Assembly (NCBI GenBank): GCA_951406725.2
Contig: OX597830.1
Location: 47,740,001-47,804,000 of the forward strand
Direction of reading: 5' to 3'
DNA length: 64,000 bases
Origin: Octopus vulgaris
Taxonomy: Eukaryota
How positions within the stretch are numbered: position 1 is the first letter of the stretch; each line of letters begins with the position of its first letter. Under the pieces are notes generated by a model. The model was given only the letters and a program-made list of their open reading frames with translations. It was not told the DNA's origin and ran no database searches. Position numbers and translations under genes: made by a program. This document shows, piece after piece, positions 40,446 through 54,399 of the stretch.

Positions 40446-41254
40446 CTGTAAAGTGAAATGAGAACACAACGAAAATGTTAAGAAGACAAAGATGGGAAAA
40501 TGGAAGTTTGCACGGGTTGCACACAAAACCCATGTTTCTTAACCTTCTTTTATTCTTTCTGTGGTTTCAGTTATTAGACTGAGGCCATACTGGGGCACTT
40601 CCTTGCATTAATCATTGTACTTGTTTTATTGACTGTGACACAGGCTTCCTAACCATATGGTCTTGAGTTCAATCACACCATGTGGCACCTTGGACAAGTA
40701 TTTTCTTGTATAGCCCCAGGCCAAACAAAGGATTTTCAGTGGATATGGCGATCAGAAGCCCATGGTGTATGCATGTGTGTGTGCGTGTGTGTTTGTTTAT
40801 ACCCCTGTCTTGACACTATGTGATGGTCTTAAATGTGCATCATTAGCATGGAAATCATGCCTGGCCATGGAAGAAATATTACCTAATTTGGAAACAGGTG
40901 AGGGTTAGTGACAGGAAAGGTATCAGACTGTAGGAAATCTGCTTCAACAAATTTTGAAGGACTCACTTTAGCAACTACTTTTCCATGCTTGCATGGCAAA
41001 GTAGAAGTTAAAATGATGATGATGATGATGTGAAAGGATGAGATGCATCAAGTGACCACAGGATATTCTTTCCAACTTTACCAATTCTGATGTCTACATG
41101 CCATGTATTTAGGTTCCCCTGCTAAATTTCTGAAATAAAATCCTGAAAGAGTTCAACTTTATCCTTCATCCTTCCAGTATACAACTGGTAAAAGTGATGA
41201 ATGGTGCAGAGTGTTCATTCTTTGGTAGACGGAAGCTGAAAGAAGCCCGTCATA

Positions 41255-41319
<65 letters not shown>

Positions 41320-41583
41320 CTGTGTTTGTCCCCCAAACATCACTTGACAATTGATGTTGGCATGTTTACGTCCCCTGTTACTTAGCAGTTCAGCAAATGA
41401 GGCCAATAGAATAAGTCCTGGGGTGGATTTGCTTGACTAAAGGTGGTGCTCCAGCATAGCCACAATCAAAATGACTGAAACCAGTAAAAGAAAGGAAACA
41501 GTTCATCTGGTCATTTGAAATGGTCATGCCCATTAATAAATCTATGTAACATTTTTGGGGTCTGATATATATCATATATATCT

Positions 41584-41630
<47 letters not shown>

Positions 41631-41999
41631 TATACTTATATATACACACATATATATATACACATATATATATATCTCTTATTATAAAAGGCAGATTTTA
41701 TCTGCCTCCCTTTGTCTCTTATAGAAATCTACAATATAGGATTTCTTCAATTACAATTTACCTAGCATTTTTAAGAGTAGAATGCATCGGGTCGTGCCAG
41801 GTCCAGTTTTTAAAATTTCAACCCCAATTAAGCAAAATTTAGAGAAAACTCACATTGTGGTGTGTATGTCAAATGCTTTTCTTAGTGTGGGCTACAGCAC
41901 ATGCACACACACACAAACGGAGCGAACTGTTTCACTGACGCTATCACCCTAATTTCTCCTTTCTCTTTGCAAGTGTGCAACGATTAAAGTGAAAACAGT

Positions 42000-42632
42000 G
42001 AATCCGACAGCGATAAAGAAAATGAATTGGCACCTGAATGGAGTGAAAATTTAAAAACTGTTTCTTTCGGTGATTTTTCTGAAGAAACTGGACCAAGCCA
42101 CCGACTTTCCCAGAAGAGTAAAGCCTTAGACTATTTCCTTTTACTTTTTCGAATGAGCCTATTTGAAATCATTATGGCGGAAACGAACCGTTACGCTAAA
42201 CGTAAACAAAGCGAAAGAAAGGATAGTTTGTTATTTCCCACAACCTTAAATGAAATTAAAGCCTATTTTGCCATAAATATTATTATGGGTATCAGAAAGT
42301 TACCCAGAATAACAAATTCTATCGTAAAATTTTGTTGTATACCCAACTGAATATTAGCTAATAACCCATTTTCTATAGCGATGTTTGAACAAAATTTTAA
42401 TAATTTTATATATTGTTGAATTTACCTGTATCTACCTGCAATTAGAGTCACTTTGTGACAAAAATTATAGTATAGAAATTGGTTGAGAACATTTCATTAA
42501 ATTATCTTCCAAAATTCATGTTAATATATTGATAAATAAAAAAGTTATTGTTGTTTAATGAAACCAGACTAAATTTATGATTACGTTAGAAAATAATTGA
42601 AACACATAAGGGGTGTATTTTGGTCAGAAAGG
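42000..42632 (+). mobile_element. piggyBac-derived fragment (transposase N-terminal part and right end)
   Basis: ALDYFLLLF...IIMAETNRYA...EIKAYFAINIIMGIRKLP is typical of piggyBac transposases; ends gaaaggg|TTAA. Confidence 0.75.
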
Positions 42633-42745
42633 GTTAAGAAAAACAAAAAAATATTTTATTCTTTATAAATGTTGTGTTCAAAATAACATTTTCTTTTAAG
42701 AATGTGTATATAACAAAGTATGTGTATATAACTACGTGGCTTATA

Positions 42746-43143
42746 TCTTTATATATAAAACTGAAGTTGTGTGTCTGTCTCCTACGATTTAGATTCGTAA
42801 CTACTCCCACATTTTGCGGTGCAGTTTCACCAAAAGCGGGTATCTTAAAGTCGTGAGTCATATCGAGCCCTTCTGGATATTAGCGCGCATCTACGATGAG
42901 TCTACGATTTTAAAAAAATTTACCATCATATTTTTCCATTTTAATGCATTTTTTTTGCTATTATATAAGGGAAGTAACTCTCTAAAAATATCTACAATGT
43001 GTCAACGATTTAAAAAAAAATTTACCTTAATTTTTTTTACATTTTTAATGCATTTTTTTTCTATTTTTTGGCTATAACTCTCTAAAAATGCTTATATAGT
43101 TATTTCCCTTACAAACCCGAGCAACGCCGGGCGATACTGCTAG
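42746..43143 (+). mobile_element. Non-autonomous Helitron-like element
   Basis: A|TC 5' end; 3' hairpin cccgagcaacgccggg then CTAG|T; no target duplication. Confidence 0.75.
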
Positions 43144-45394
43144 TACACATATATATACAAATACACATACACATATATACATATGAATACATATACACAC
43201 ACACACATATATATTATATATACATACATATACATACATGCACACACACACACACATCATGTTGTCTGTCAGAGTGATGGGTAACATAAATAGTCCAGCT
43301 AGTTAGCGCTGCATAATGTTCCCTTATGCCCACAGTTCAAATCCTACCAGGTTAAATTAAATAAATACCAGTCACTTATTTGGGTCGGTATGACCCTTGT
43401 TCTTCTGCCCGATTTTTGACCTTTGGCTAGTTCTAGAAATCAATATTGTAACCCAGAAATCAATGTTGTCTTCTAAGGGAACCAATCAAGGGGTGGATAA
43501 AAATTCCTTGTAATATGTATTTAAAAGCCAAGGGAGTAAGCTGGCAGAATTGTTAGCACCAGGCGAAATGTTTAGCAGCATTTTGTCCACCTTCACGTTC
43601 TGAGTTCAAATCCTGCTGAGGTTGACTTTTTCCTTTCATCATTTCAGGGCCGATAAAATAAGTACCAATTATGTACTGGGGTCAGTGTAATCAACTTAGC
43701 TGGCCTTGTGCCAAAATTTGAAACTAACATGTATTTAGGACCCATTATATCCTGAGATCAAATCCTTCGGGGACCAACTAAACCGTTTATCTCTCCAAGC
43801 TCAAAAAAACACAAGTAACTGTTGGTATTTCTTTCACAGGGAATCGACTGAATCGACCGTTTCTCTCCAGAATACATCTGTGGCTTTGTGCCAAGCCAAA
43901 ACGTCATAGAAACATTATCTATTTATGTAACCATCTTTCATCTGTTTTGCCAACAATTTACTATAATTTTAGACTCAAAGCGTTATGGGCATTTGCTTTT
44001 TTTTTCTATTTCTGTGTTTTAATATGCAAAGAACACCTCTTGTTAATCTCCCACTTCTCGTACATAATTAATAATACTTTTGTATCATTTACCTCACCTC
44101 CATGTGAGGTAGTTGCCATGGAAACCTGTTTGATCATCTATATTGTAATTATTGCATTTAACAAAAATTATCTGTCTGGAGCTAAGCTTGGCACTGAACA
44201 ATGAATACACAGCATGACTGACAAACGGTGGTAGGGGAGGGTGGGTGCATGGTGGTGGTGGTGGTAGAAGAGGGTGGGTGTATGGGTGGTGGTGGTGGTA
44301 GAAGAGGGTGGGTGCATGGTGGTGGTGCCTGAATTTTTGAGGAAAGTTGTGATGAAGATGGTGGTGGTGGTGGTGATGTAAGTGACTATTGTTGAGGATG
44401 GTAGTGAAGGTGGTGGTGGTGGTGTTGGGTGGTGGTAGTGAAGAGGAAGATGTTGAGAATGATGGCACATAAAAATTATGATGGCTGTGCAGTAAGAAGC
44501 TTGCTTCCCAACCACATGGTTCCATGTTCAGTCCCATTGTGTGGCACCTTGGACAAATGTTTTCTACTATAGCCTCGGGCCGACCAAAGTCTTGTGAGTG
44601 GATTCGGTAGATGGAAATTGAAAGAAGCCCATTGAATACATATGTGTATATATATCTGTGTGTTTGACCCCATCATCGCTTGACAACTGGTGTTGGTGTG
44701 TTTATGTTCCCATAACTTAGCGGTTCAGCAAAAGAAGATTGATAGAATAAGGACTAGGCTTAAAAAATAAATTGTGGGGTCAATTTGTTCAACTAAAACC
44801 CCTCAAAGTGGTGCTCCAGCATGGCCACAGTCAAATGACTAAAACAAGTAAAGGAATAGAAATGATGATGATGGTGATGATGATGACAGATGGTCAGCTC
44901 TTATTGAACAAACATATGATCCAAAAGTATTCCAGCCTCGACCATCCTGTCTGTTTGCACATCAGACACTACGTAGTTCACTGTACACTTCCAGTTTAGA
45001 ATGGAAGAGTGATTTGAGGGAAATCTGGCTGCTATTTCTAGCATATTGAGCAACTGCAAAGAGGGAGCCTCGGCATGTTTATTGTTTTGTTCTTGTTGTT
45101 GTTGTTGGTGGTGGTGGTAATTTGTGTCACTTGCCTCTGCTGGAGCAGATCTACATTAGAGAAACGATATCTGAGGTTTCATCCTGGCTCAGGACCATAA
45201 TCCTCTTCTGAAGTTGGTATTAATAAGGATTAAAATGATGGAGATAATACAATGTAAAGATGATGTTGACAGGGGTGATAAATCAGTGTGTGTGTATGTG
45301 TTTCAATTAAATACTCACACCTTGAAGGTGCTGGATATTTAAAAAAAAATTTTTTTAATTGATTAAGATTACATTTCACACCTATTTAGACACA

Positions 45395-45780
45395 GAGGAG
45401 GCACAATGGCCTAGTGGTTAGGGCAGCGGACTCACATTCATAGGATCACAGTTTCGGTTCCCTGACCGGGCATTGTGAGTGTTTATTGAGCAAAAACACC
45501 TAAAGTTCCATGAGGCTCTGGCAGGTGGTGGTGGTGAACCCTGCTGGACTCTTTCACCACAACTTTCTCTCACTCTTTCTTCCTGTTTCTGTTGTACCTG
45601 TATTTCAAATGGACCAGCCTTGTCACACTCTGTGTCACGCTGAATATCCTCGAGAGCTACGTTAAGGGTACACGTGTCTGTGGAGTGCTCAGCCACTTGC
45701 ATGTTAATTTCACGAGCAGGCTGTTCCATTGATTGGATCAACTGGGACCTTCCTCATTGTAACCAATGGAATGCCATGAA
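45395..45780 (+). mobile_element. tRNA-derived SINE (distinct family)
   Basis: Head ggaggcacaatggcctagtggttagggcagcggac with A-box-like TGGCCTAGTGG and a degenerate B-box. Confidence 0.6.
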
Positions 45781-47453
45781 AAAGGAATTCAGACACAACT
45801 CAGGAACCAAGACAACATGGCCACTGGACCAGCTAGAAATAGCAGCTAAATGTCCCTCAAACCACATCCTGAAGTCTTAAATAAAGAAGTAAACATTTGA
45901 TAACACTGTGCTTGATATACAAGAAGAAAAACAAAGGCTAGAAGGTCATGGTTGGAAAACATTTCATTGTTGATCTGCTTGATCCGGAAAGAGGTGAAGT
46001 GAAATAACTGTAAAAGAATCAATCAGAAAGCCAATACTTCCAACATGAAGTAGGATCACTCGTTTATGTAAGAAAGACAAGGGCTGTGTGATTGAGATGT
46101 TTGCTTCCTAACCACCATGGCTTCAGGTTCAGTCGCACCGTGTGGCACTTTGGGTAACTGTCTTTTACTATAGTTCTGAACTGACCAAAACTTTGCGAGT
46201 AAATTTAGGAAACGGAAATTGAAAGAAGCCCAATGGATGTGTTTGTAAATAGAGGTAAGTATATATATCTATGAGAGTGTCTGTTAATAGCTGTGTTTGT
46301 ACCTCACTACTGCAAGACAACTAGTATTGGTTTGTTTATGCCCCTGTAGCTGAGATGTGGCAAAAAGTGACTGATAGAAAAAGTACCAGGCTTAAAAAAG
46401 ATAGAATATGTGCTGGGGTCGATTCGTTTGACTAAAATTTCCCCACTGTCATATAGGGGACAGCGCTTGTATGACAGTGACACTCATTTCATATTTTTTT
46501 GCAGGATATCCAAGAGACACACACACAAAATGAGCTTCTTTCATTTTCTTATCTACCATATCCAGCCTGGGGCTACAGTAGAAGACACTTGTTGAAGGTA
46601 CCAAGCAATGGGATTGAACCCAAAACCAAATGGTTGGGAAGCAAGCTTCTTTACACATCTATGCCTGCACCTTAAATAGGACCCTTGATTCTGACACACA
46701 AAAAGGATAGATGAAAACCACAAAACTGTTCACAGAGGAGAGAACTGGGAATTTCATAGAGGCAAGAATCACAAGGATCTTCATGTGAGAGCAGAACAAA
46801 ATTCCATTCCTATTTAGTGGAAAAATACAAGTATATTCATATCAACAAAATCAATCCAAATTGCTTGGATCTATAGATTTTAACTCCCATTAGATAACAT
46901 TGATCTTGGCAGGAATTATTCAAATTTAATTAATGTATTTATTTATCAAAATTCTATTTAGTTAAATATAATTTTCCTCTCATTTCAATCTCCAAATGAA
47001 ATATTTCTAACATAAAAAGTATCTGTTAAACAAATTCATAATGTTGATTTGATGTATTCAACGATTTACTAAAATTGTTTTTTTTTTTCCATTTTCTTTT
47101 TGATTTTTCACTTTCAGCATATTCAATCTTTTTGGCCTCTCTATTAATTTTTTTTTTCCTGGTGAATTATGTAATCCTTATATTGTTTCTCATTGCAAAC
47201 TAAATTGAAAGAAAACCCAAACACGGAATATACTGGAATGAGATGTCAAGGAAAAATTTGAAAATATAAATGGTGATGATGATGATGATATAATCTCCTA
47301 ATATCAGTTAAGTGGTAGTTTGCTAAACAAACAAACAAACACACACACATAATATGTGAGTGTATATATGTCTTTGAAGGAGCATTTTTTCAGAATGTGT
47401 GCGTATGAATATATGTATGCATATGTATCAACATACTTATGCATGCATAAAGA

Positions 47454-47484
<31 letters not shown>

Positions 47485-47950
47485 ATATGTGTGTATATAT
47501 ATATAGGCACAGGTGTGGCTGTGTGGTACGAAGCTTGCTTCCCAATCACATGGTTCCAGGTTCAGTCCCATGTCATAGAAAACATGTTGGGTATCTCCCA
47601 TCAGAAATTCTTCAGACAGAGATTTAATTATTAAAGAGAACACAGCTATGTCCTTCAAGAGATCACACCTTGGATTTCTACAGAATATATTGATGTATAT
47701 ATATATATATACACGAACATATATGAGTGTGTGTGCGGTGGTTGATGAAGCAGGTTGTCATAACAGTAAAAAGTTTGCAGGTGAAGGCATAGCTGGGTGG
47801 TCAAGACATTTGTTTGGGAACCATGCAGTTAGGGATTCAAGTCAAATATCATGGCCACAGTCGGCTGGTCTCCTCTGCTGTAGTTGCAAGCTAACCGATA
47901 CTATGTGAGTAACATTAATAGAGGGAAACTGGAAGAAGCCAGTCATATAA

Positions 47951-47990
<40 letters not shown>

Positions 47991-49021
47991 ATATACATAT
48001 ATATAATATGTATGTATACATATATATATATATAAGTATGTATGTCAAAATGTGACCGCGTGTGTACCGTTGGCGATTTTTTTCCTCTGTCTTCCCTTCT
48101 CTGGATCTTTCCTTCTCCTATGTTTCCGACGAAGAGCTCTGCTCGAAACGTTAAAACCCTCCTTCTTTCCTGAGCGTCCAATAATACTATATTTGTTCCA
48201 CATCCTCGCGTTATTGTGTTTTTTTTGTGCTTTCATGTTTGGATTAACTTTCAGTTTATCATACCTCGATACAATAAACCTTCCATCTCAATAAACAACT
48301 AGTGTCCCTGAAAGTTGTTTTTTTTATATTTACTATAGATTGCTTGAAGGTAACTTTTTTCCTGCATCTCGATCCTTGAACGGTCAATGCCAGTCAGCAC
48401 CCCCCTCCCACACCCGACTGGTCGATGCCAGTCCCTCTCCGACTGGCTTCTGTGCCAATGGCATGTAAAAAGCGCCATCAATGCCAGTGTCACCTGAGTG
48501 GCTCCCATGCAGGTGGCATGTAAAAAGCACCCACTACACTCTCGGAGTGGTTGGCATTAGGAAGGACATCCAGCTGTAGAAACTTTGCCAGATCAAGATT
48601 GGAGCCTGGTGCAGCCTACTGGCTTGCCAGTCTCCATCTAACCCATGCTAGCATGAAAAGCGGACATTAAACAATGATGATATATATATATAGTTGTATT
48701 TTGGGATGATCATTGCTTTTTTGCCAAATAAACACCCCCTATATATTTGCTTATCACTCGTTTACTACTGTTCTAATTAAAATAAGAACAGTAATAAACG
48801 AGAGAAGAACAAATATATAGTGTGTATTTATTTGGCAAAAAAATAAAAAGCCAAAAGAAAATAACCATCTTGAAATACAACAATATCTGTTTCAACACAT
48901 GATTCCATATCAGGAATCTTGCAACACAAATTCATAAACGTAAATATATAAGAAAATTCCTCATTAAAGATTATTAGAAAATTCCTCATTAAAGATTTAG
49001 GACGAATGTTGCTGTATACAT

Positions 49022-49070
<49 letters not shown>

Positions 49071-49093
49071 ATATATATACTATATTTTATATA

Positions 49094-49131
<38 letters not shown>

Positions 49132-49484
49132 TATTTTATATATATAATATTATATATATATATATATATATATACTGTTGTTGTCTGGGAGGAGTCATTT
49201 TCTTTCTGTGCCTTACAATTTAACACACTCAATGGTAAAATTTTCGTTACGTCTTACAACCTTTTCAATAGACGCAATGAAAATTTTAGGAAAATAAAAA
49301 TAAGAAATAAGTGGAAATTTTACCGGTGAGTATGTTAAATTATAAGGCACAAAATGAAAATGACTCCCCCCCAGACACAAAAGAACATGCTTCAACACAT
49401 GAACTCACATAAAAAATCTTGCACCCCTCCCCCACAAAAAAATGAAATATATATATATATATGATATTAACATATATAACACTC

Positions 49485-49515
<31 letters not shown>

Positions 49516-50119
49516 TTCTTAACCTGTGGCTGAAAATAGAAATGTTCATTTAAGAAAGGGTCACACAATGGATATTTTGAATGTATGGAGATATTTACAA
49601 TGGATAGGTAAGCATTTACTGATGTTTTATGTTCCTTATGCATACACATGTATCTAAGGATCAGGTGGTGATGTTGTGGCCTGAATTCATATTAGACCAT
49701 TTCTGGACTCCAAAGGTATGGATGGAGCTGTTTTCAACATCTTTAAGTCTATCAATCAGGTCATCCATATAATACCGAGACCCGCTTCAGTCATGAATGA
49801 CCATGGGATGGCACCTAGAAAGTTGGCACCTCTGAGGCACAAATCTGGTCAAGGTTTGTTTATGGCAGACCAGCAGTCACCCATGCATACCAGCCTCCCC
49901 TCTCCACACCACTGATGTTATCTAAGGGAAAGGCAAAGGGGCCCGATACAGCTTGGCACCAGTGATGTCACAACTCATTTCTACAGCTGAGTTAACTGGA
50001 GCAATGCAAAATAAAGTGTCTTGCTCAAGAACACAACACACAGCCTGGTCACAGAATTGAACTCACAACCACACGATCGTAAGCTCAACACTCTAACCAC
50101 TGAGCTATGTGCCTTCACG

Positions 50120-50151
<32 letters not shown>

Positions 50152-52033
50152 GCTTATTTTCCAACTACATGGTTCCAGGTTCAACTATAGCCTTGGGTTG
50201 ACCAAAGCCTTGTGAGTAGATTTGGTAGATGGAAACTGAAAGAAGCCCATCATACATGTGTGTGTGTGTGTGTGTGTGTGATTGTGTTTGTCCCCCGCCA
50301 CCGCTTAATAACCAGTGTTGGCATTTTTACATTCCAGTAACCTAGCTGTCTGGCAAAAGAGACCAATAAAATAGGCATCAGGTTTAAGAGAAGTACTAGT
50401 GTGGTGGTGGTAGGGTGGTAGTGTTGGTGGGGTGGGCATTCTATTCAACTAAAAATTCTTCAAGATGGTGCCCCAGCATGGCCACAGCCTAATGACTGAC
50501 ACAAATAAAAGAGAAAAGATACGTGCGTATGTGTGTGTGTGTGTAGGTGAGTGTTTATACAAACATATAAATTTATTCAACTATAAATACACACACACAC
50601 ATGCATATACATGCAGTTCTATAAAACCACACATATTCCAACAAACACTCCTCCCCTCCCCTTACCCTCCCTTCTTCCTCCTCCTCCCTCCTCCAACTTC
50701 TTAGATTCCCTTTAATTATTCATTTGCTTTCCTAATATGCCCACTCCAACAACCTCCTACCGCCCCCGCCGCCAGCCAATCCTTTCACCAGCAGAGTAGA
50801 TAATGGCTTTTATCCAGAAATTCAGGAATTGGATATCAAGTAGCTCCAATCTAATCAGATATACTCTGCTGGTGTGACATCACTGAAAATTAATTCAATT
50901 AGGAATTAGAAAAAAAAAAACAAAAAACAAAAAAAAAAACAACATACAAACAAGATAATGTAGACTAATTCTATTAGATTGGAGTGAGGATGGGCGGGTG
51001 GTGGGTGTGAAAGATAAAGTAAAACCAACAACAACAAAAAAATGCCATTTCTTTCTTTCCTTTTCTCTCTCAATTTTTTTTTTTTTTTTTTTTGCATTTT
51101 CAGGAAGTTTTCTAGTGTTATATTTGAAAATATAGGAAGAATTTATATTTTTGCAGAGTGGGAGGATGCAGGGCAGTTTTGATTGATCTGATAAAAACAA
51201 ATCATTGTCATCGATGTTACTACAGTAGGAGTTTTATACACGGTCACTCGATCTGCCTGAAATAGCAGCCAAATTTCCTCCAAATTACACCATACAATTT
51301 TGGTTTTGAAACTATATCTGGGAGGTGCAGGCATGGCTGTGTGGTAAGAAGCTTGCTTTCCAACCACATGGTTCTGGGTTCAGTTCCATTGTATGGAACC
51401 TTGGGCAAGTGTTTTCTACTACAGCCTCGGGCCGACCAAAACCTGAGTGGGTTTGGTAGACGAAAACCGAAAGAAGCCTGTCATATATGTATATATATTT
51501 ATATATATATATATGTGTGTATATATATGCATATATACGAGGGTGAATCAAAAAGTAATGCCATTTTGTTTAGGACAGGTATAATTACCAACACAGGAAC
51601 ATGAATCATACATCAAAATGAAGCTTATTATGAGTTTCTTGTTTTTCCTTTTGGCAAGAAATCAACCAGAATGACACCTTGAGCATCCCAAACCACAGTC
51701 ACCATGATTTTTCCAGCTGAATTTTGTGTTTTGAACTTTTTCGGTGGTGCCATTCCATTGTCTGCCTCTTTGATTCCAGTTCATAATGATGAACCCATGT
51801 TTCATCACTTGTTATGAGCCTTTGAAAGAAGGTGTAGTCTCTTTGACTTTGTAGTGAAGAAGTGGCTCAAAGAACAGTCAACAGAATTTTACAGGGCAGG
51901 GATACATGCTCTCATTCGAAGGTGGAACATTGTTATTGATAGAAACAGTGACTGTTGAGAAGTAGGGAGGTGATCTACAGAAGACCAGCTTCCTTTTGAT
52001 GTATGATACATGTTCCTGAGTTGGTAAATAGAC

Positions 52034-52177
52034 AATACCAAACGAGTTCCCTATGGATACCGTATTTATTACAACGAGTGGCTTGTAAACGTATCTAACG
52101 AGCGAAAGCGAGTTAGATACGTTTACAAGCCACGAGTTGTAATAAATACGGTATCCATAGGGAATGAGTTTGGTATT
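52034..52177 (+). repeat. 144-nt hairpin: 70-position stem and GAAA loop
   Basis: Paired base by base; the only non-Watson-Crick positions are three tandem G.A/A.G pairs and one G-T. Confidence 0.97.
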
Positions 52178-52490
52178 TTATTTATTACACACGAATAAAC
52201 GACCATATTTTATCAATCTAATAATTAAATTCTTCACATCGTGTTGAAGCGCGCATGAATACAGCTTGATTTCACGTCAGTGACGTCACAATGTGTAACT
52301 GTAAAAGATGTCATGCCGCAGGAAGATAGTCCGACTTTATAGTACTAAGTTTTCAGGTGAAATGACTGATAACTGATGACTGTTTAACATTTTGTTAACA
52401 TTCAAGTTCACGTTCAAGAAATACATAACACAGATTGAATCTTCAATAACTTTAATAATACTCAAACCTGTTTTCGAGTAGTAATGTCAG

Positions 52491-54089
52491 TCAGAGTAGA
52501 GCACAATAGTCCAGGAAAACGTAACAGTCCTCATTATCTGTGAGACGAGCTCGCTTTGCATCTGAACCAAAGAAGTTCACATTGATTGCTCCCCCATATA
52601 TTGGAGCCGAGAAAATGGAGTGCAATGAACCAAAGCAAGTGACAGCGTTCCGAGATTGACTCGACGTAACGTTGACGGTGGAGGGGAGTTCACTTGCACT
52701 CGATGCTGCTGCGTGTGACGGAAGTACAAGCAAACCAGGCTGGTCGTTGTTGCTACTAAGGATGTTACTGATGGCATGATGACGATCCATGGAAATATTG
52801 CTGTAACTATTGATGCTTTGCACATTACGATGTCCAGATATCTGCATGATTTCAGTTGGAGGAATGTTCTGGTCAGCGAGCTTCTGCACAAGGTATTTGC
52901 GTGCTGAATGGTTCGTGAATCTTCGATTGTCCAAACCAGCTGATTTAGCCATCCTTTTCATAATTGTACCTAGTTTGTTGACACCGACCGGTTGACGTTT
53001 AAACCAGGGATGAGAATGGGAGGCATCTTTGCAGTTGGTGGCCAAATAAAATGGTGAATCCGGCGATGAATAATCTGATGGTCTCAGATCAGCAAAACAC
53101 TTGTACAGGTTAACTGGACAACGCTCATCATTCGTCGCCCATGCTTTTGCGTAGATGTTACATGCATGGTCGAGATTATCACCTTGACAAGTTTTGGACT
53201 GTCGCTCCCTAAACTGAAGGAATTCCTTGCCTTATTTGTCAACATGCAAAGAAACGTCGCCCCATCGCATGTCGTTGTGAGGTTTGACACTCCGGATACC
53301 AAAGTGAACGGTGTTGTTCCACCATAGTGTGTTGAGGATGGGTTCAGGTGTGTTCAGACCGAGCTGGTCACATTCCCATAGCTTGTTGATATCATCGTCG
53401 GAGAGAGATTCCGTGCATCGAGGTAGGTTTCCCATTCCTTCACTTTTCAACAGCATTTGCTTTGTTTTTAGTACGTCATGTAGTTTCACGAATGCCCCGT
53501 CCGAGAATAGTGACGTCGAGTAGTGTTTTGACTTCAGATATCTTTCAATACTGGATAACATTCCCCTCAAAGATGAAGGTTCATAGTTGCTATCGTCTGG
53601 CTTTCGTAACGAGATAAAGAAAGTACACAGAATGTCACAAAGTTCGCTTTTGTCGATAGATTCAATTGGACGCGTGTCGCCATTTGTCGCCATGAAAGCA
53701 AACAATCGTTTAACATCATAATTTGTTTTCCGAAGAGTGTTTTTATTTTGATTACCTTGAACGAATTTATCTATTCCAGAATGATTATACCTCGGTTGAA
53801 ATTCAAGATCATTATGGCTATCATCAAAGAAATCGTCAGGAAGAAGATCATTGTACACCTCATCAGGGATGTTAAATGTAGGGTTCGATGACAATCTACT
53901 CGTCGATGACACTGTTTCAGGTACCTTTGTTAACCTGTATCCAGCAACATGTCGAACTTGGCCAGTATTGATCTTCACATTGAACATTCTGTATGTTCCA
54001 AGAGGTTGAACAACGGATAACACTCTTCCCCCATCTTTACCATCAATCTTAACAAAATCATTCACCTTGATATCGACAACAGTAGCCAT
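52491..54089 (-). pseudogene. Tyrosine recombinase (Crypton/DUF3504-like), 532 codons with one premature TAA at 53232-53234
   Basis: The two track ORFs are in one frame (VDK*GKEFLQFRERQSKT...CPVNLY...RP...PFYLAT); catalytic set FGIR, SKT, NHSAR, SGH, SINSY; N-part NKNTLRKT...YEPSSLRGMLSSIERYL; ATG in aacaagATGG context. Confidence 0.9.
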
Positions 54090-54377
54090 CTTGTTGATAG
54101 ATCTACCTGCACTGCAAGAGTATTGACGAGCAGACGATATATGTTGTGATTTTTTTGGCAACAAAAAATTGAATTACGACCAGAAATTTTTATATTTTAT
54201 GTGTATATGACTTTAAGTGATATCTGGTATAAAAAAGATAGTATATTTGTTTAATTACATGGCTACATTCTACCTGCTCGTGAAAGTTTAGTTGTAACTT
54301 ATGAATGACAAAAGTAGTGCTGTCACCGTGACCTCGGGTCATCACCATGGATTGACCAATCAGAAGCAGCGCTCGCA

Positions 54378-54399
54378 GTATCTGACATATGTCAGATAC
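54378..54399. repeat. Perfect 22-bp palindrome near the promoter-side end of the YR element
   Basis: gtatctgacat|atgtcagatac. Confidence 0.95.

Noticed and set aside
52034-52177. Hairpin as a pre-miRNA or transcription terminator of the recombinase mRNA
   Set aside because: The favourable fold is on the strand antisense to both the recombinase and LMLN, and it marks the element terminus; an antisense RNA role cannot be excluded
52491-54164. Two separate genes, or a bacterial/phage integrase contaminant
   Set aside because: Both ORFs share one frame split by a single TAA; the motifs are eukaryotic Crypton/DUF3504-like and the element is cleanly nested in a host mariner TIR
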